From a virus, in the IMG/VR virus record IMGVR_UViG_3300035696_000001: DNA of 64,000 bases. One strand, given 5' to 3'. The position numbers and the translations under genes are program-made. Shown here piece by piece: positions 34,996 to 44,542 of this stretch. The first letter of the stretch is position 1. Each line of letters begins with the position of its first letter. Below the pieces are notes generated by a model. That model made no database searches, was not told the origin of the DNA, and was given only the letters and a program-made list of their open reading frames with translations.

Positions 34996-36317
34996 GTTGG
35001 AAGCGAGAAAATTTCATCTCGTCATTCCAGATTGCCGCGCACGCCAAGGTGATGTACAAGCTTGAAAACAAGGGCTTCGAAGCTTTCCTTGTCGGCGGCT
35101 GCGTGCGCGACCGGCTTCTCCAACGGCAATCCAGGGACTTCGATGTGACGACCGACGCCACGCCCGACCAGATTCGTGCCATCTTCCCTCACACCATCCC
35201 GGTCGGCGCGAAGTTCGGCGTCGTGGTCGTGCTGATGGACGGCGTGCAGGTCGAAGTTGCAACGTTTCGAAGCGACGGGACTTACACTGACGGTCGGCGA
35301 CCGGACGAAGTCACGTACAGCAGGAACGCAAAGGATGACGTCGTCCGCCGCGATTTCACCATGAACGGCTTGCTCATGGACTCCCTCGGCGACATTATCG
35401 ACCACGTTGACGGTCAGGAAGACATCAAGCACGGAATCATCCGCGCCATCGGCGACCCAAACGTGCGCTTCGCGGAGGATGCGCTCCGCATGATGCGGGC
35501 TGTCCGCTTCGCGGCGCAGCTTGGCTTCAAGATCGAGGAAAAGACCCTTGAAGCGATCAAGAGCAACGCCCGGCTCCTGTCCGCCATCAGCCGGGAGCGC
35601 ATCGCGATGGAGCTTTTCAAGATGCTTTCCGCGCCGTTTCCGCTCAAGGGGATCGTGCCTTTCATTGCGACGGGGCTGTTCCGCTATGCCTTGCCGGAGC
35701 AGTTCCCCGACCATGTGAACATGGCGCGAACCATACAGCGGTTCGGCACGTTCGAGGCGAAGGACGCCATGCTCGGCATGGCTATGCTATTCGCCGACAT
35801 CAACGACTTCTACTGTGGGGGGCTTGCGGATTACCTCAAGCTGTCCAACGAGCAAAAAGACGAGCTTATTTGCATGAAGAGCCACGTTCATAATTTCCAG
35901 CACCACTTAACCGGGGCGTACCGCATGACTGAGGCGCGGATCAAACGCAACCTGCGGTATCCGGGCGTCAGGCTGGCGCTGGAGATCATGACGCAGGACG
36001 AGGTCATGGGCAAGACCGGCTTCGGCATCGAGGCGCTGATGGCGTTCGTGCTCAAGGTCAAGGCGTACAAACCCGAGGAGATCAAGCCGAAGCCGCTGGT
36101 GACGGGCAAGGACTTGATTGACGCTGGCATCCCACCGGGGCCGATCTATACGAGCATCCTGTTCGACATTGAGAGCCACCAGCTTAACGGCGTGTTCACG
36201 ACGAAGGAGCAGGGCATGGAGTTCGTCCGCGAGCGCGTACGCCAAGGAGCGGGTCTGCATGGGCTTGAGTGGGTTTATACGGGCTTGTCCGCAACGGAAG
36301 CGCGGGAGCTAGAATGA
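34992..36317 (+). CDS. cca: tRNA nucleotidyltransferase (CCA-adding enzyme), class II
   Basis: Head-domain motifs LVGGCVRDRLL, RDFDVTTDA, VATFRSDG and DVVRRDFTMNGL (RRD). Confidence 0.8.
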   Translation: MSWKRENFISSFQIAAHAKVMYKLENKGFEAFLVGGCVRDRLLQRQSRDFDVTTDATPDQIRAIFPHTIPVGAKFGVVVVLMDGVQVEVATFRSDGTYTDGRRPDEVTYSRNAKDDVVRRDFTMNGLLMDSLGDIIDHVDGQEDIKHGIIRAIGDPNVRFAEDALRMMRAVRFAAQLGFKIEEKTLEAIKSNARLLSAISRERIAMELFKMLSAPFPLKGIVPFIATGLFRYALPEQFPDHVNMARTIQRFGTFEAKDAMLGMAMLFADINDFYCGGLADYLKLSNEQKDELICMKSHVHNFQHHLTGAYRMTEARIKRNLRYPGVRLALEIMTQDEVMGKTGFGIEALMAFVLKVKAYKPEEIKPKPLVTGKDLIDAGIPPGPIYTSILFDIESHQLNGVFTTKEQGMEFVRERVRQGAGLHGLEWVYTGLSATEARELE

Positions 36318-36868
36318 TCACCCCGCGTTTCAACCAGATCACCCTCCTGCACGGAAGGAACGAGCTTCCGAACGGAAAATTTCCCGGCGTCACCGAGCAC
36401 TTGGAAGCCATCCTGCATGCGGCGTATCCGGCTGTGCTTTTCGCCTGCCCGTTCGTGCCGTCCGACCTTGGTGCCAAGGATGCGTTCTTTTTCGTGCGGA
36501 AGAATTATGTCAGCCGGATGCAGGCCGACTCGCTGCTCGTCGGTCTGGAGCGCGGCGGTCTGATCGCGTGCGCCGTGCAAGATGCCTTTCCTGCGTTGCG
36601 CCTTTCGGTGTTCGCCGCCAACTCGCCCACTGAGGATGACAAGCTCGTCGTGGAGCCGTGCGATTCCCATACCCGCCTTGCCCTGTATTCCAGCGCTTAT
36701 CCCCCAATCAAGGGGCGCTGCGACTGGAAGGCGCTCACGTCAACGGCGTACGACGTTCCGTGGCTGGCGTCCGGCTGCAAGAACCTGTACCCGCTCGCCT
36801 ACCTGATCTCCGCGTACAGCCACGGGGTTGACATGGACAAGCAGGTTGCCATGATGTTCCCCTCCTAG
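36314..36868 (+). CDS. Hypothetical protein
   Basis: Start at the internal Met MITPRF, ATGA-coupled to cca, with GGGAG SD. Confidence 0.4.
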   Translation: MITPRFNQITLLHGRNELPNGKFPGVTEHLEAILHAAYPAVLFACPFVPSDLGAKDAFFFVRKNYVSRMQADSLLVGLERGGLIACAVQDAFPALRLSVFAANSPTEDDKLVVEPCDSHTRLALYSSAYPPIKGRCDWKALTSTAYDVPWLASGCKNLYPLAYLISAYSHGVDMDKQVAMMFPS

Positions 36869-36880
36869 TACAATCGAGGC

Positions 36881-37615
36881 ATGGACAAATGGCCTTCGCT
36901 CCTCATGCTCACACGGCATGGATACTCCGTCGCCAACGAGCGCAAGAACAAGGCTAAGCAGGCGGGTGCAGACTCGTGGGCCGGTATCGCCCGCGACCAG
37001 GACGCGGAACTGACCGCGCTGGGGCACCAGCAATCATTCGAGCTTGGCGTGATGATCGGAAAGTCCGTCAGCATCAATTTCAAGTCCGACCTTCCAGAAG
37101 TTATCATCACGTCGCCGCACCGCCGCGCCAAACAAACCACCGCAGGCATCGTACGGGGCGTTCAAAGCACCCACCCGGACTACAACCCGACCGTCGTCGT
37201 CGAGGAGCGCATCCGAGAGATCGAGTTCGGGATCATGGACGGCATCGACCGCGCCACGTTCCGCAAGCTCTTTTCATCCGAGGCGGATCGCCGGGAGCGC
37301 GACGGGAAGTACTATTACCGCCCGCCCGGAGGCGAGAATCGCCCCGACGTGCGCCTGCGGGTGCATTCCGTCCTCGACACACTGAACCGCGACTATGTCG
37401 GTAAGAAGGTTCTGATCGTCTGCCACAGCGTCGTCGTGCTTGCGTTCAGGAGCCTGATAGAGCGCTGGGAAGAGGACGAATACCTTCAAGTGGACAAGGA
37501 AGACGACGTCAAGAACTGTGGTCTTACGATCTACGACCGCATCGACTACCGGAAGCTCAAACTCCGGGAATACAACAAGGTCGCTCCTGCATCTAACCCG
37601 GTAGAGGCTCCATGA
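36881..37615 (+). CDS. Histidine phosphatase superfamily protein (PGAM-like)
   Basis: LTRHGYS (RHG catalytic motif) and a second His in CHSVVVLAF. Possible RNA 2'/3'-end phosphatase role in the RNA-repair context. Confidence 0.6.
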   Translation: MDKWPSLLMLTRHGYSVANERKNKAKQAGADSWAGIARDQDAELTALGHQQSFELGVMIGKSVSINFKSDLPEVIITSPHRRAKQTTAGIVRGVQSTHPDYNPTVVVEERIREIEFGIMDGIDRATFRKLFSSEADRRERDGKYYYRPPGGENRPDVRLRVHSVLDTLNRDYVGKKVLIVCHSVVVLAFRSLIERWEEDEYLQVDKEDDVKNCGLTIYDRIDYRKLKLREYNKVAPASNPVEAP

Positions 37616-37787
37616 GTAAAGCTGTTGAGCAACGAAACCAAGTAGCAGAGCGTATTTGCTTCGGCTGGAACTCCCTGCACGGACTCACCATGCTGCACAC
37701 CCTTAAGAACGCCATCGTGTACTGGAAATGCAAGTGCGGGGACGACGGCAAGACCGCCCAAGAGTGGAAGGAGCATCTGCACCAGAT

Positions 37788-38048
37788 ATGACACTTCACA
37801 CCAAGTTGAGCTATGCCAAAAGCGGCGTCCGCATTGTCGGCTGCGTTTGCCTGGTCGTCATCGGCGTCGCGCGAGGTTTGCTGGGCTTGTGGCTTGGCGG
37901 TGGGTTGCTCCTTCTTGCGGAGCTTATCGGCATCGCCGAAGAAGCGTGGCCCGGCGCGTACAAGGGCACCGAAACAGACACTTCGGGCATACGGGATGGG
38001 ACGGATGGTTGTAAGTATCATTCATCGTCTGACGTGAGCGTCAAATGA
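37788..38048 (+). CDS. Small membrane protein (2 TM)
   Basis: Start at the internal Met MTLHTK. IVGCVCLVVIGVARGLLGLWLGGGLLLLAELIGIA. Confidence 0.4.
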   Translation: MTLHTKLSYAKSGVRIVGCVCLVVIGVARGLLGLWLGGGLLLLAELIGIAEEAWPGAYKGTETDTSGIRDGTDGCKYHSSSDVSVK

Positions 38049-38293
38049 GCGAACCCCTCATGATAAAGTGCCGCTACCGCGCAGAAGGCATTCAGTGCAG
38101 TTCCGGTCTGCTGTACGACTCCGTCACGCTGGCACCCATCTTGCTTGACGGCACGGGCGTCTACTGCCCGGCATGCGAGGGCAGGGGCATGCTCCCGACC
38201 CCCAAGGGGCGCGAGTTCCTTGCGTTCCTGGAAAAATTCGGCAGGTCCCAACTCCGCGACATAGTGGACGAACTCTTCGGGGAACGCGGCTAG
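38045..38293 (+). CDS. Hypothetical Cys-containing protein
   Basis: 82-aa ORF with CPACEGRG. Confidence 0.4.
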   Translation: MSEPLMIKCRYRAEGIQCSSGLLYDSVTLAPILLDGTGVYCPACEGRGMLPTPKGREFLAFLEKFGRSQLRDIVDELFGERG

Positions 38294-38304
38294 ACGAAAT
38301 TCCT

Positions 38305-38322
38305 CTCCCCGCTGTATACTAC
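38305..38322 (+). promoter_or_regulatory. Repeated promoter-like motif copy 3 (CTCCCCGCTGTATACTAC)
   Basis: The -10-like TATACT ends 6 nt before the ATG at 38327, which implies a leaderless transcript. Confidence 0.35.
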
Positions 38323-38326
38323 TGAC

Positions 38327-38590
38327 ATGATCGAGCCTGCTGCATGGAACCCGCGCTACCTTGCTTACTGCCGGGCGCATAAAATGACCCCGGAGCAGAT
38401 GATGGAGCATGATCGCGAGAAATGGGAGGGCGGCTGCATGTGCGGCTTTATCCTCTGGCACACCGCCAAGCTGAGCGAGGCGCGGCGCATACACCGAGAA
38501 TTCTTCCACATCGAGATCAGCGGTACTGCCGGGGGCTTGCTTGACCACAAGGGCTACGATGAGTGGCTCAACGAGAGTGTGGCTAACTGA
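38327..38590 (+). CDS. Hypothetical protein
   Basis: 87-aa ORF immediately after the promoter-like motif. Confidence 0.4.
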   Translation: MIEPAAWNPRYLAYCRAHKMTPEQMMEHDREKWEGGCMCGFILWHTAKLSEARRIHREFFHIEISGTAGGLLDHKGYDEWLNESVAN

Positions 38591-38605
38591 GCCAAGGCGA
38601 CGGTC

Positions 38606-38818
38606 ATGAAGATCGAGAAACTGCAACCCGGTCAGATCAGCGTGGAGCGCCAAGGCATGGGCAACATCGTGTTTCGAGTCCACATAGTGGCAATCGACCC
38701 GAAGAAGCGGTGGGTGTTGGCTTCGTGGAACGGCAATATCCCGCGCAGATTCTCCAACCGCTCGGTCAGCAAATGGCGCGAGAAGAAACCCAATGAAAAC
38801 CCCACAGCCACAGCCTGA
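38606..38818 (+). CDS. Small protein, paralog A (MKIEKLQPGQ...WVLASWNGN)
   Basis: Paralogous to 39504..39788, ~55% identity by eye. Confidence 0.45.
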   Translation: MKIEKLQPGQISVERQGMGNIVFRVHIVAIDPKKRWVLASWNGNIPRRFSNRSVSKWREKKPNENPTATA

Positions 38819-39131
38819 TTGGCTTTACAACATCACCTACGGCTTGTCCGAGGGGCGAAAGACCCGCGTGCTGATCGACGGCACCCGGTTCGCGGTCGTG
38901 CAGACCCCCGGTGGCAAATGGTACGACAACTCGGGGGAGCACCTTGGATACGTGTGCTACTATCTCGTTGACAAGCAAACAAACCTTCGCAAGGCTCACG
39001 GACTCTTGGATTGCCGCGAGTTGCAGCGCGGCGGTCGTGCTAAGACCGCGAAGTGGAAGAAGCTCGTCGGGGGGCTAGACCGCAATCCGTGGCGCGTGTC
39101 CGAGTCGTTCGACGACCTTGAGGCTTGGTGA
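38793..39131 (+). CDS. Hypothetical protein
   Basis: 112-aa ORF. Confidence 0.4.
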   Translation: MKTPQPQPDWLYNITYGLSEGRKTRVLIDGTRFAVVQTPGGKWYDNSGEHLGYVCYYLVDKQTNLRKAHGLLDCRELQRGGRAKTAKWKKLVGGLDRNPWRVSESFDDLEAW

Positions 39132-39144
39132 GGGGGAAACTGCC

Positions 39145-39507
39145 ATGCGAGTTAACCACAAAGAATTTGTCACCATGCCTGCGATAGCGGAAGTCGTTGA
39201 CCTGTACGATGCAGGCTTGCTTGTCGAACAGGCGCAACCCACGGAGCACAGCCCAACCTGCCCGACCCAGCAGTTAACGCTCACCACCCTGTCGGCATTC
39301 TTGGAAGAGGATGAATGCACCTGCCCGCCAGAGACCCTTTACGCTATCGGCAGCCACGGAGAAGAGGCGGCGGGCATTTTGCCGTATTCTGTGACCCCGT
39401 CCTTTCGTAGCGTTGCGGAACTGGAAGCGTTTTGCAAGCTCAACCTCGACGAATTTCGGCGTTGCGCCGAGACCGACGAAGAGCCGAATTTGATCACACC
39501 CAAATGA
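39145..39507 (+). CDS. Hypothetical acidic protein
   Basis: Start at the internal Met with GAGGGGGAAA SD. Confidence 0.4.
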   Translation: MRVNHKEFVTMPAIAEVVDLYDAGLLVEQAQPTEHSPTCPTQQLTLTTLSAFLEEDECTCPPETLYAIGSHGEEAAGILPYSVTPSFRSVAELEAFCKLNLDEFRRCAETDEEPNLITPK

Positions 39508-39788
39508 AGATTGAAAAACTGCAACCCGGTCAAATGGTGTACAGCGTGGAGCGCCAGAAAATGGGCAACACAACGCTAACAACCATGTCCGTGTTCAGTG
39601 TCCGTATCGTGGAGATCGACCCGGAGAAGCAGTGGGTACTGGCTTCGTGGAACGGCAACACTCCGCGCAAGTTCTACAAGCACGCGGTCAGCAAGTGGCG
39701 GGGGAAGAAGCCAGCGATGATCTCTGGCATTTTTGGCAGCCAACGGCTGGCAACCCGCGAAGAGATCAAGGCAATGGGGCAAAAATAG
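39504..39788 (+). CDS. Small protein, paralog B (MKIEKLQPGQ...WVLASWNGN)
   Basis: ATGA-coupled. Duplicate of 38606..38818. Confidence 0.45.
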   Translation: MKIEKLQPGQMVYSVERQKMGNTTLTTMSVFSVRIVEIDPEKQWVLASWNGNTPRKFYKHAVSKWRGKKPAMISGIFGSQRLATREEIKAMGQK

Positions 39789-40300
39789 TGTTCGACTACG
39801 CACAACACGGCACCGTGGACACGCACCGCTACCGGAGCCATTACGACGCGCAACCCGGCTCGACGACCCAATGCGCCTATTGCGGTCGCGTCATACGCTA
39901 CTGCTACGTCATGCACGACCAGCACGGCAAGACCTTCGTGATCGGAACCTGCGACTTCGCCCGGTACAGGGGCACCAAGGAGCATGCCTACCTTAAAGCG
40001 GCGCAGCGGCTACAGGAATCCTTGCAAAGCAACATCCGGCATGATCTCAAGCTCTACGGCGGCGAAGCCGAGGTTCGGGAGCGCCGGAAGGCTTGGGCAC
40101 GCGCCCGGCGCGACGGCAAAAAGCTGGTGCGCATGTGGGTCATGGTCAAGGGCGCGTGGCTGCCGAGGGGCCTTTACGACCTGCGCCAAGCCGCTGGGGA
40201 AAAGCCCCGCCAGTACAAGCGGCCATCCGCCGCCCTCCGCTGGTACCAACGGCAAACCGAAAAAATCATTTCCCTGACGAAAAACATCGCCAGTATTTAA
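39788..40300 (+). CDS. Hypothetical basic protein with CxxC...C zinc-binding-like motif
   Basis: GTG start in a TAGTG overlap. CAYCGRV..GTCDF. Confidence 0.35.
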   Translation: MFDYAQHGTVDTHRYRSHYDAQPGSTTQCAYCGRVIRYCYVMHDQHGKTFVIGTCDFARYRGTKEHAYLKAAQRLQESLQSNIRHDLKLYGGEAEVRERRKAWARARRDGKKLVRMWVMVKGAWLPRGLYDLRQAAGEKPRQYKRPSAALRWYQRQTEKIISLTKNIASI

Positions 40301-40546
40301 CCCTCTACGAACCCCCCAAGTAGGGAGGGGTTATCACCGATGTCAAAATTTTTGGAAGACGAGGACTTCGACCGCGACGAGGGGGGTGCCGAGGTCGAGG
40401 AGGAAGAAGGCTACCTCGAAGAGGAAGAAACCCTCGAAGAGCTTGACGTGGACGACCGTGGGCATGTCCGCCCCCGACGCCGCCAGCGCGATGGGGACAT
40501 CGACCCCGAAGAGTACTGAATCCTTTGGAAGTGGTATTATACGGTC

Positions 40547-40834
40547 ATGAGCAACAAAGCAGTCCGCGAATTGGCTAAAGACGACCCTGATTTCCACGAC
40601 ATCCGGGCAAAAATCCTGCTTGAAGCAGCGCAACATATGGAGCGGTATGCAAAAGAGGCCCCATACGGCGCGGTTTCCGAGCGCCTTTTCGCGGCAGGGC
40701 TGCAAGAAGCGGCCGCCGAGCTTCGCCGCATGGCGTCCAACGCACGCCGGGCGCATAAGAAGCTCCAAGACGAGCGCCGGACTGTGGCGCAAGCCGGTAA
40801 CGCAAAAGTAAAAACGTTCGTATACAGAGACTAA
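40547..40834 (+). CDS. Hypothetical protein
   Basis: 95-aa ORF. Preceded by an unlisted 59-aa highly acidic ORF at 40341..40520. Confidence 0.35.
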   Translation: MSNKAVRELAKDDPDFHDIRAKILLEAAQHMERYAKEAPYGAVSERLFAAGLQEAAAELRRMASNARRAHKKLQDERRTVAQAGNAKVKTFVYRD

Positions 40835-40963
40835 TTCCCGCCAACAGTTGTGGGCTTTCCGCTCCTCGAAATAGAAAAATTTCACCGCTACCGCGTACTG
40901 TAGTGTGGGCAGCTTTATTGCCCTAGTGCAGTCAAATCCTGAGTAAGGTACAGTGAGGTTCAC

Positions 40964-42037
40964 ATGTCTCAGCAAGATGAAGCACGTCAATCCCCCATTT
41001 TCTCCGATTTTGGTGGTCAACTCCTCAATAAGCCGACGTTTGCCGCTCTGTCCGAAGCTATGGTTGACGCTGCCAACAGCATCAGTGCCGAGCCGTCTAG
41101 GGACGGAGGGCCGCTTCCGGGCGCGGCTTTCAACAAGCTTCGCGATCAGCTTTTCCTCTCGCCCCGGTTGTCCCAATGGCAAGTCGGAACCGATGAAAAG
41201 AGTAATCGCGGATACTGGCTGAAAAGCCAAGACCAGACCATAACCGTAACCGTCAGGGAGGACAAAGTCATTTTGTCTGCTTCAAAGTGCGAGGTGCCGT
41301 GGTACCCGTTCTACGATGTTGTCACGGACGGCTTAGCAGCAGCCACTCTCTTCAAATCCATACAGGACGCACAAGCCATAGTCCAACCGAAAAACCCGTC
41401 AGGAATGGCGACCGACGACGAAGACGGAGAGTTTTTCGGCGATAATGATCCGAAATACCTTTGGGGTGCCAACATGGACCCCGCCCTCGAAGAGACCCAC
41501 CCCAAGCCGTTGGTCGAGGATGACGCGGAGCTTATCGAAGAGGTCTGCGCTGAGGAGGAAATCTCAGGGAAAATAGCAGCGGACGAGGAGACCCCAGCCC
41601 TCGGTGATACCCACGTCTGGCAAAAAAACGAGCATGGCGAGCAGTGCCTAGTCGAAAAACAGGACAGTTACACGACGGCTGCAAACCAGAAAAACGCCGT
41701 TACTGACGGCTTTATCTGCCCCTACTGCGGCAACCTTAACCAGTCCGCGTACAAAGGCACCTGTCCGAAATGCCCCAAGACGATATTTGACACTGAAGTT
41801 GAACGAGCAAAAGTTCATGAGTCTTTGACCGCTACCCAGAAAGCACAATGGATGCCGCCGCAATCCAGTAAGGGTCTTGTCCTCAACACAGCTTTCATAT
41901 CCAACTTGAAATCGCTCCAAGGCCGAGTTTTGACCATTGTGGACGGATCGTTCTCCGACAAAACCCAGCGCGAGGCGGTCAAGCAGATGATCAACAAGGA
42001 ATTCCGCCGCGAAATCGGTAAGGTCACTGGAGAATAA
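40964..42037 (+). CDS. Hypothetical protein with C-terminal zinc ribbon
   Basis: 357 aa. CPYCGN...CPKCPK. GAGG SD. Confidence 0.5.
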   Translation: MSQQDEARQSPIFSDFGGQLLNKPTFAALSEAMVDAANSISAEPSRDGGPLPGAAFNKLRDQLFLSPRLSQWQVGTDEKSNRGYWLKSQDQTITVTVREDKVILSASKCEVPWYPFYDVVTDGLAAATLFKSIQDAQAIVQPKNPSGMATDDEDGEFFGDNDPKYLWGANMDPALEETHPKPLVEDDAELIEEVCAEEEISGKIAADEETPALGDTHVWQKNEHGEQCLVEKQDSYTTAANQKNAVTDGFICPYCGNLNQSAYKGTCPKCPKTIFDTEVERAKVHESLTATQKAQWMPPQSSKGLVLNTAFISNLKSLQGRVLTIVDGSFSDKTQREAVKQMINKEFRREIGKVTGE

Positions 42038-42039
42038 CC

Positions 42040-42234
42040 ATGCGTCCCAAAGAGACCGAGATCGCCAAGGTCGTCCGAAACTGCGACGGCTCCATGGACG
42101 TCACGTTCCGCGACGACTCCAACGCCCGGTACGCGGTGTTCACCATGCAGGACGGCGGCAAGATCAAGTTCAAGGACCCCAAGGGCTGCTTCCAGGCGAG
42201 CAGGCGCGTGGTCGAGGTCTCCATTCGCGGCTAA
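42040..42234 (+). CDS. Hypothetical small protein
   Basis: 64 aa, adjacent to the upstream gene. Confidence 0.35.
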   Translation: MRPKETEIAKVVRNCDGSMDVTFRDDSNARYAVFTMQDGGKIKFKDPKGCFQASRRVVEVSIRG

Positions 42235-42250
42235 TGGCGTATTAGACTAG

Positions 42251-44230
42251 GTGCCTGACCAAGAAGACTTCTCTGGCTGCCCCCTGTGGACGGCCTACGC
42301 GACGGACGAAAGCCTGAAGACCGACGTCCGTCCGTTCGCCGCCCTCGACAAAGACACGCTGGAACGGCTTTACATCATCCGCAGGTGGCCTATCGACGCC
42401 GTGAGCAACCCCATCCCGCTCAGGGTCCCAGACACCATCCGGCAGTTCCATTACGACGTAACCGCACGCAGCCTCACCGACACCCCGCTGGTCATCAAGG
42501 AATTCCAGAAGCAGGCGATTCAGCACCTCATCAGGATGCCTCGATTCATACTCGGCGACGCCGTGGGACTGGGCAAGACCCTTGACGCGCTGGCGGCCTT
42601 CGCGTGGCTCAAGGCGAAGAACCCGCAGGCGAAGATGGTCGTGATCACCACCAAATCCACCACGTACCAGTGGGCGGACGAATGCGAGAAGTACACCGCG
42701 CTGCGCCCAAGGGTGATGACTGATACTTATCGCGGGCTGAAGTCTTCCAATGCCCGCTACGCGCAGATGCGGGACTTCCTCCAGAACGATGACCACGACA
42801 TACTGGTCTGCAAGTACGACTCGCTGAAGGGCACGCGCAAATGGGTCGTCGAAGACGGCGTGAAGGAACGCCAGTGCGAATCCGAGGAGACCACATTCTA
42901 CAAGGGGATGTTCAAGGAGCACCGCAGCAAGCTGGTGCTAACGCTGGACGAATGCCACCGCTTTCGCGCCACGAGCACCCAGACGCGGCACTTCATCTCC
43001 CGCGTCTGCCGCTTCCCGGAGCGCGTGTGGGCGCTGACCGCCACGGCGATCAAGAACGGCCTGGACGAGTTCTACTCCATCGCGCACGCCATCGGCGTTC
43101 GGCCGCTTGGCCCGATGGCTCAGTTCTGGGAGGAGTATTGCCTGTGGCGCGAGCAGCCCATCGGGCAGGGTCGCACGATCAGGCTCATCCGGGGCTACCA
43201 GAACGTCGCCCATTTCAAGGAGCAGCTACGCCCGTTCTTCCTCGGGCGCTCGCAGAAGCAGGTCAAGGAGAAGCTCCCCGCTTTGTCCACCATCTACCAC
43301 CCCATCGACCTCGACGAGAAGCAGGCGAAGCTCCTCGTGGAAATCCCGATGGGCTTAGTCGAGCTTCCGCTGATCCTGTTCAAGGTCGCCGGGGAGGTGT
43401 TCGTCAAGGAGCGCGACGCCTCGAACGAGATGACCCAGCTTTCCTGCCAGCAGCTTGTGGCGAACCACTGGGCGCTGCTCGACCGCAACAACCTGGAGAC
43501 GTTCCTCACGCCGACGCTGTCGCCGAAGGAGGACGCGCTGCTCGACATGCTGGACGGCGAGTACCGGGGCGAGAAGGTCGTGGTTTACACAAAGTACCGA
43601 AGTTGGATAGATCGCCTCGAATGGCTCACCAAGAACGGGAAGTTCACCGAACGCAAGTTCCTGCGCATCACGGGTGCGGAGAGCGAGAGCCAGCGCAATG
43701 AGAACAAGCGCAAGTTCCAAGACCCTGACTCCGGCTATGACCTGATCGTAGTCAACGCTGCCGGGATGGAGGGCATCAACCTCCAGCAGGCAGCCCACAT
43801 GATCATGCTGGATGTGCCGTGGTCGTGGGGCGACTTGATACAGCTTGTCGGCCGCATGGTGCGCATGGCCTCGCCTCACTCCGCCTGCACGCTCCATATC
43901 ATGGTTGCCAAGGGAACCATCGACGAGTACGCCATCGAGACGCTGCGCGGGAAGAAAGGGGTCTTCGAGGCCATCTTGGGGAACAGCCATTCGGCTGGTA
44001 TCCTAGATAGCGGGGACAGTTTAGATTTGCAGGCGGGCATGGAAGTCGCCGGGAGCGACGCGGAGTTCAAGGCGCTGCTCAGGGCTTACGCCAAGAGAAT
44101 AAGGATGAGGGCATACCTCACGGGCGAACAGGTCGAGGCGGCGCAGGAGTTGGAGTACCTCATGCCTTTTGAGCGCGAACCCAAGAAGAAACGCAAGAGA
44201 GGGGGGCAGGACGACTCATGGGCGTTTTAG
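42251..44230 (+). CDS. SNF2/DEAD-like superfamily-2 helicase
   Basis: Motif I LGDAVGLGKTL, motif II LTLDECHRF and motif VI IQLVGRMVRMAS (QxxGRxxR). Confidence 0.8.
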   Translation: MPDQEDFSGCPLWTAYATDESLKTDVRPFAALDKDTLERLYIIRRWPIDAVSNPIPLRVPDTIRQFHYDVTARSLTDTPLVIKEFQKQAIQHLIRMPRFILGDAVGLGKTLDALAAFAWLKAKNPQAKMVVITTKSTTYQWADECEKYTALRPRVMTDTYRGLKSSNARYAQMRDFLQNDDHDILVCKYDSLKGTRKWVVEDGVKERQCESEETTFYKGMFKEHRSKLVLTLDECHRFRATSTQTRHFISRVCRFPERVWALTATAIKNGLDEFYSIAHAIGVRPLGPMAQFWEEYCLWREQPIGQGRTIRLIRGYQNVAHFKEQLRPFFLGRSQKQVKEKLPALSTIYHPIDLDEKQAKLLVEIPMGLVELPLILFKVAGEVFVKERDASNEMTQLSCQQLVANHWALLDRNNLETFLTPTLSPKEDALLDMLDGEYRGEKVVVYTKYRSWIDRLEWLTKNGKFTERKFLRITGAESESQRNENKRKFQDPDSGYDLIVVNAAGMEGINLQQAAHMIMLDVPWSWGDLIQLVGRMVRMASPHSACTLHIMVAKGTIDEYAIETLRGKKGVFEAILGNSHSAGILDSGDSLDLQAGMEVAGSDAEFKALLRAYAKRIRMRAYLTGEQVEAAQELEYLMPFEREPKKKRKRGGQDDSWAF

Positions 44231-44529
44231 CATTTGTATTGATCGTGCTGCTTTTGCTGGGCATCAAGGTCACATGGATGTCCGGTTACGTCGCTGGCAC
44301 CATGCATGAAGTGAAATTTTGGCTTGACGCGATAGACAAGCTCATGGTACCGAACTGGCAGTCCCTGCCTGTCACAGGGGACGATGAGAGCCTAACGCCA
44401 GAGCAGTCCAAGTCTGTAAATCAAGTTTATGTGTCGGCCTACGCTTTGGCTCTCTATACCATCAAGACGGAAATAGCCGAGGCAAGGCGCGAGGCTATCG
44501 AAAAAATAAAGGCCAAAAAGCTGCTATAA
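44218..44529 (+). CDS. Small membrane protein
   Basis: N-terminal TM helix VLAFVLIVLLLLGI. Confidence 0.4.
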   Translation: MGVLAFVLIVLLLLGIKVTWMSGYVAGTMHEVKFWLDAIDKLMVPNWQSLPVTGDDESLTPEQSKSVNQVYVSAYALALYTIKTEIAEARREAIEKIKAKKLL

Positions 44530-44542
44530 CGGAGGTTTCAGA

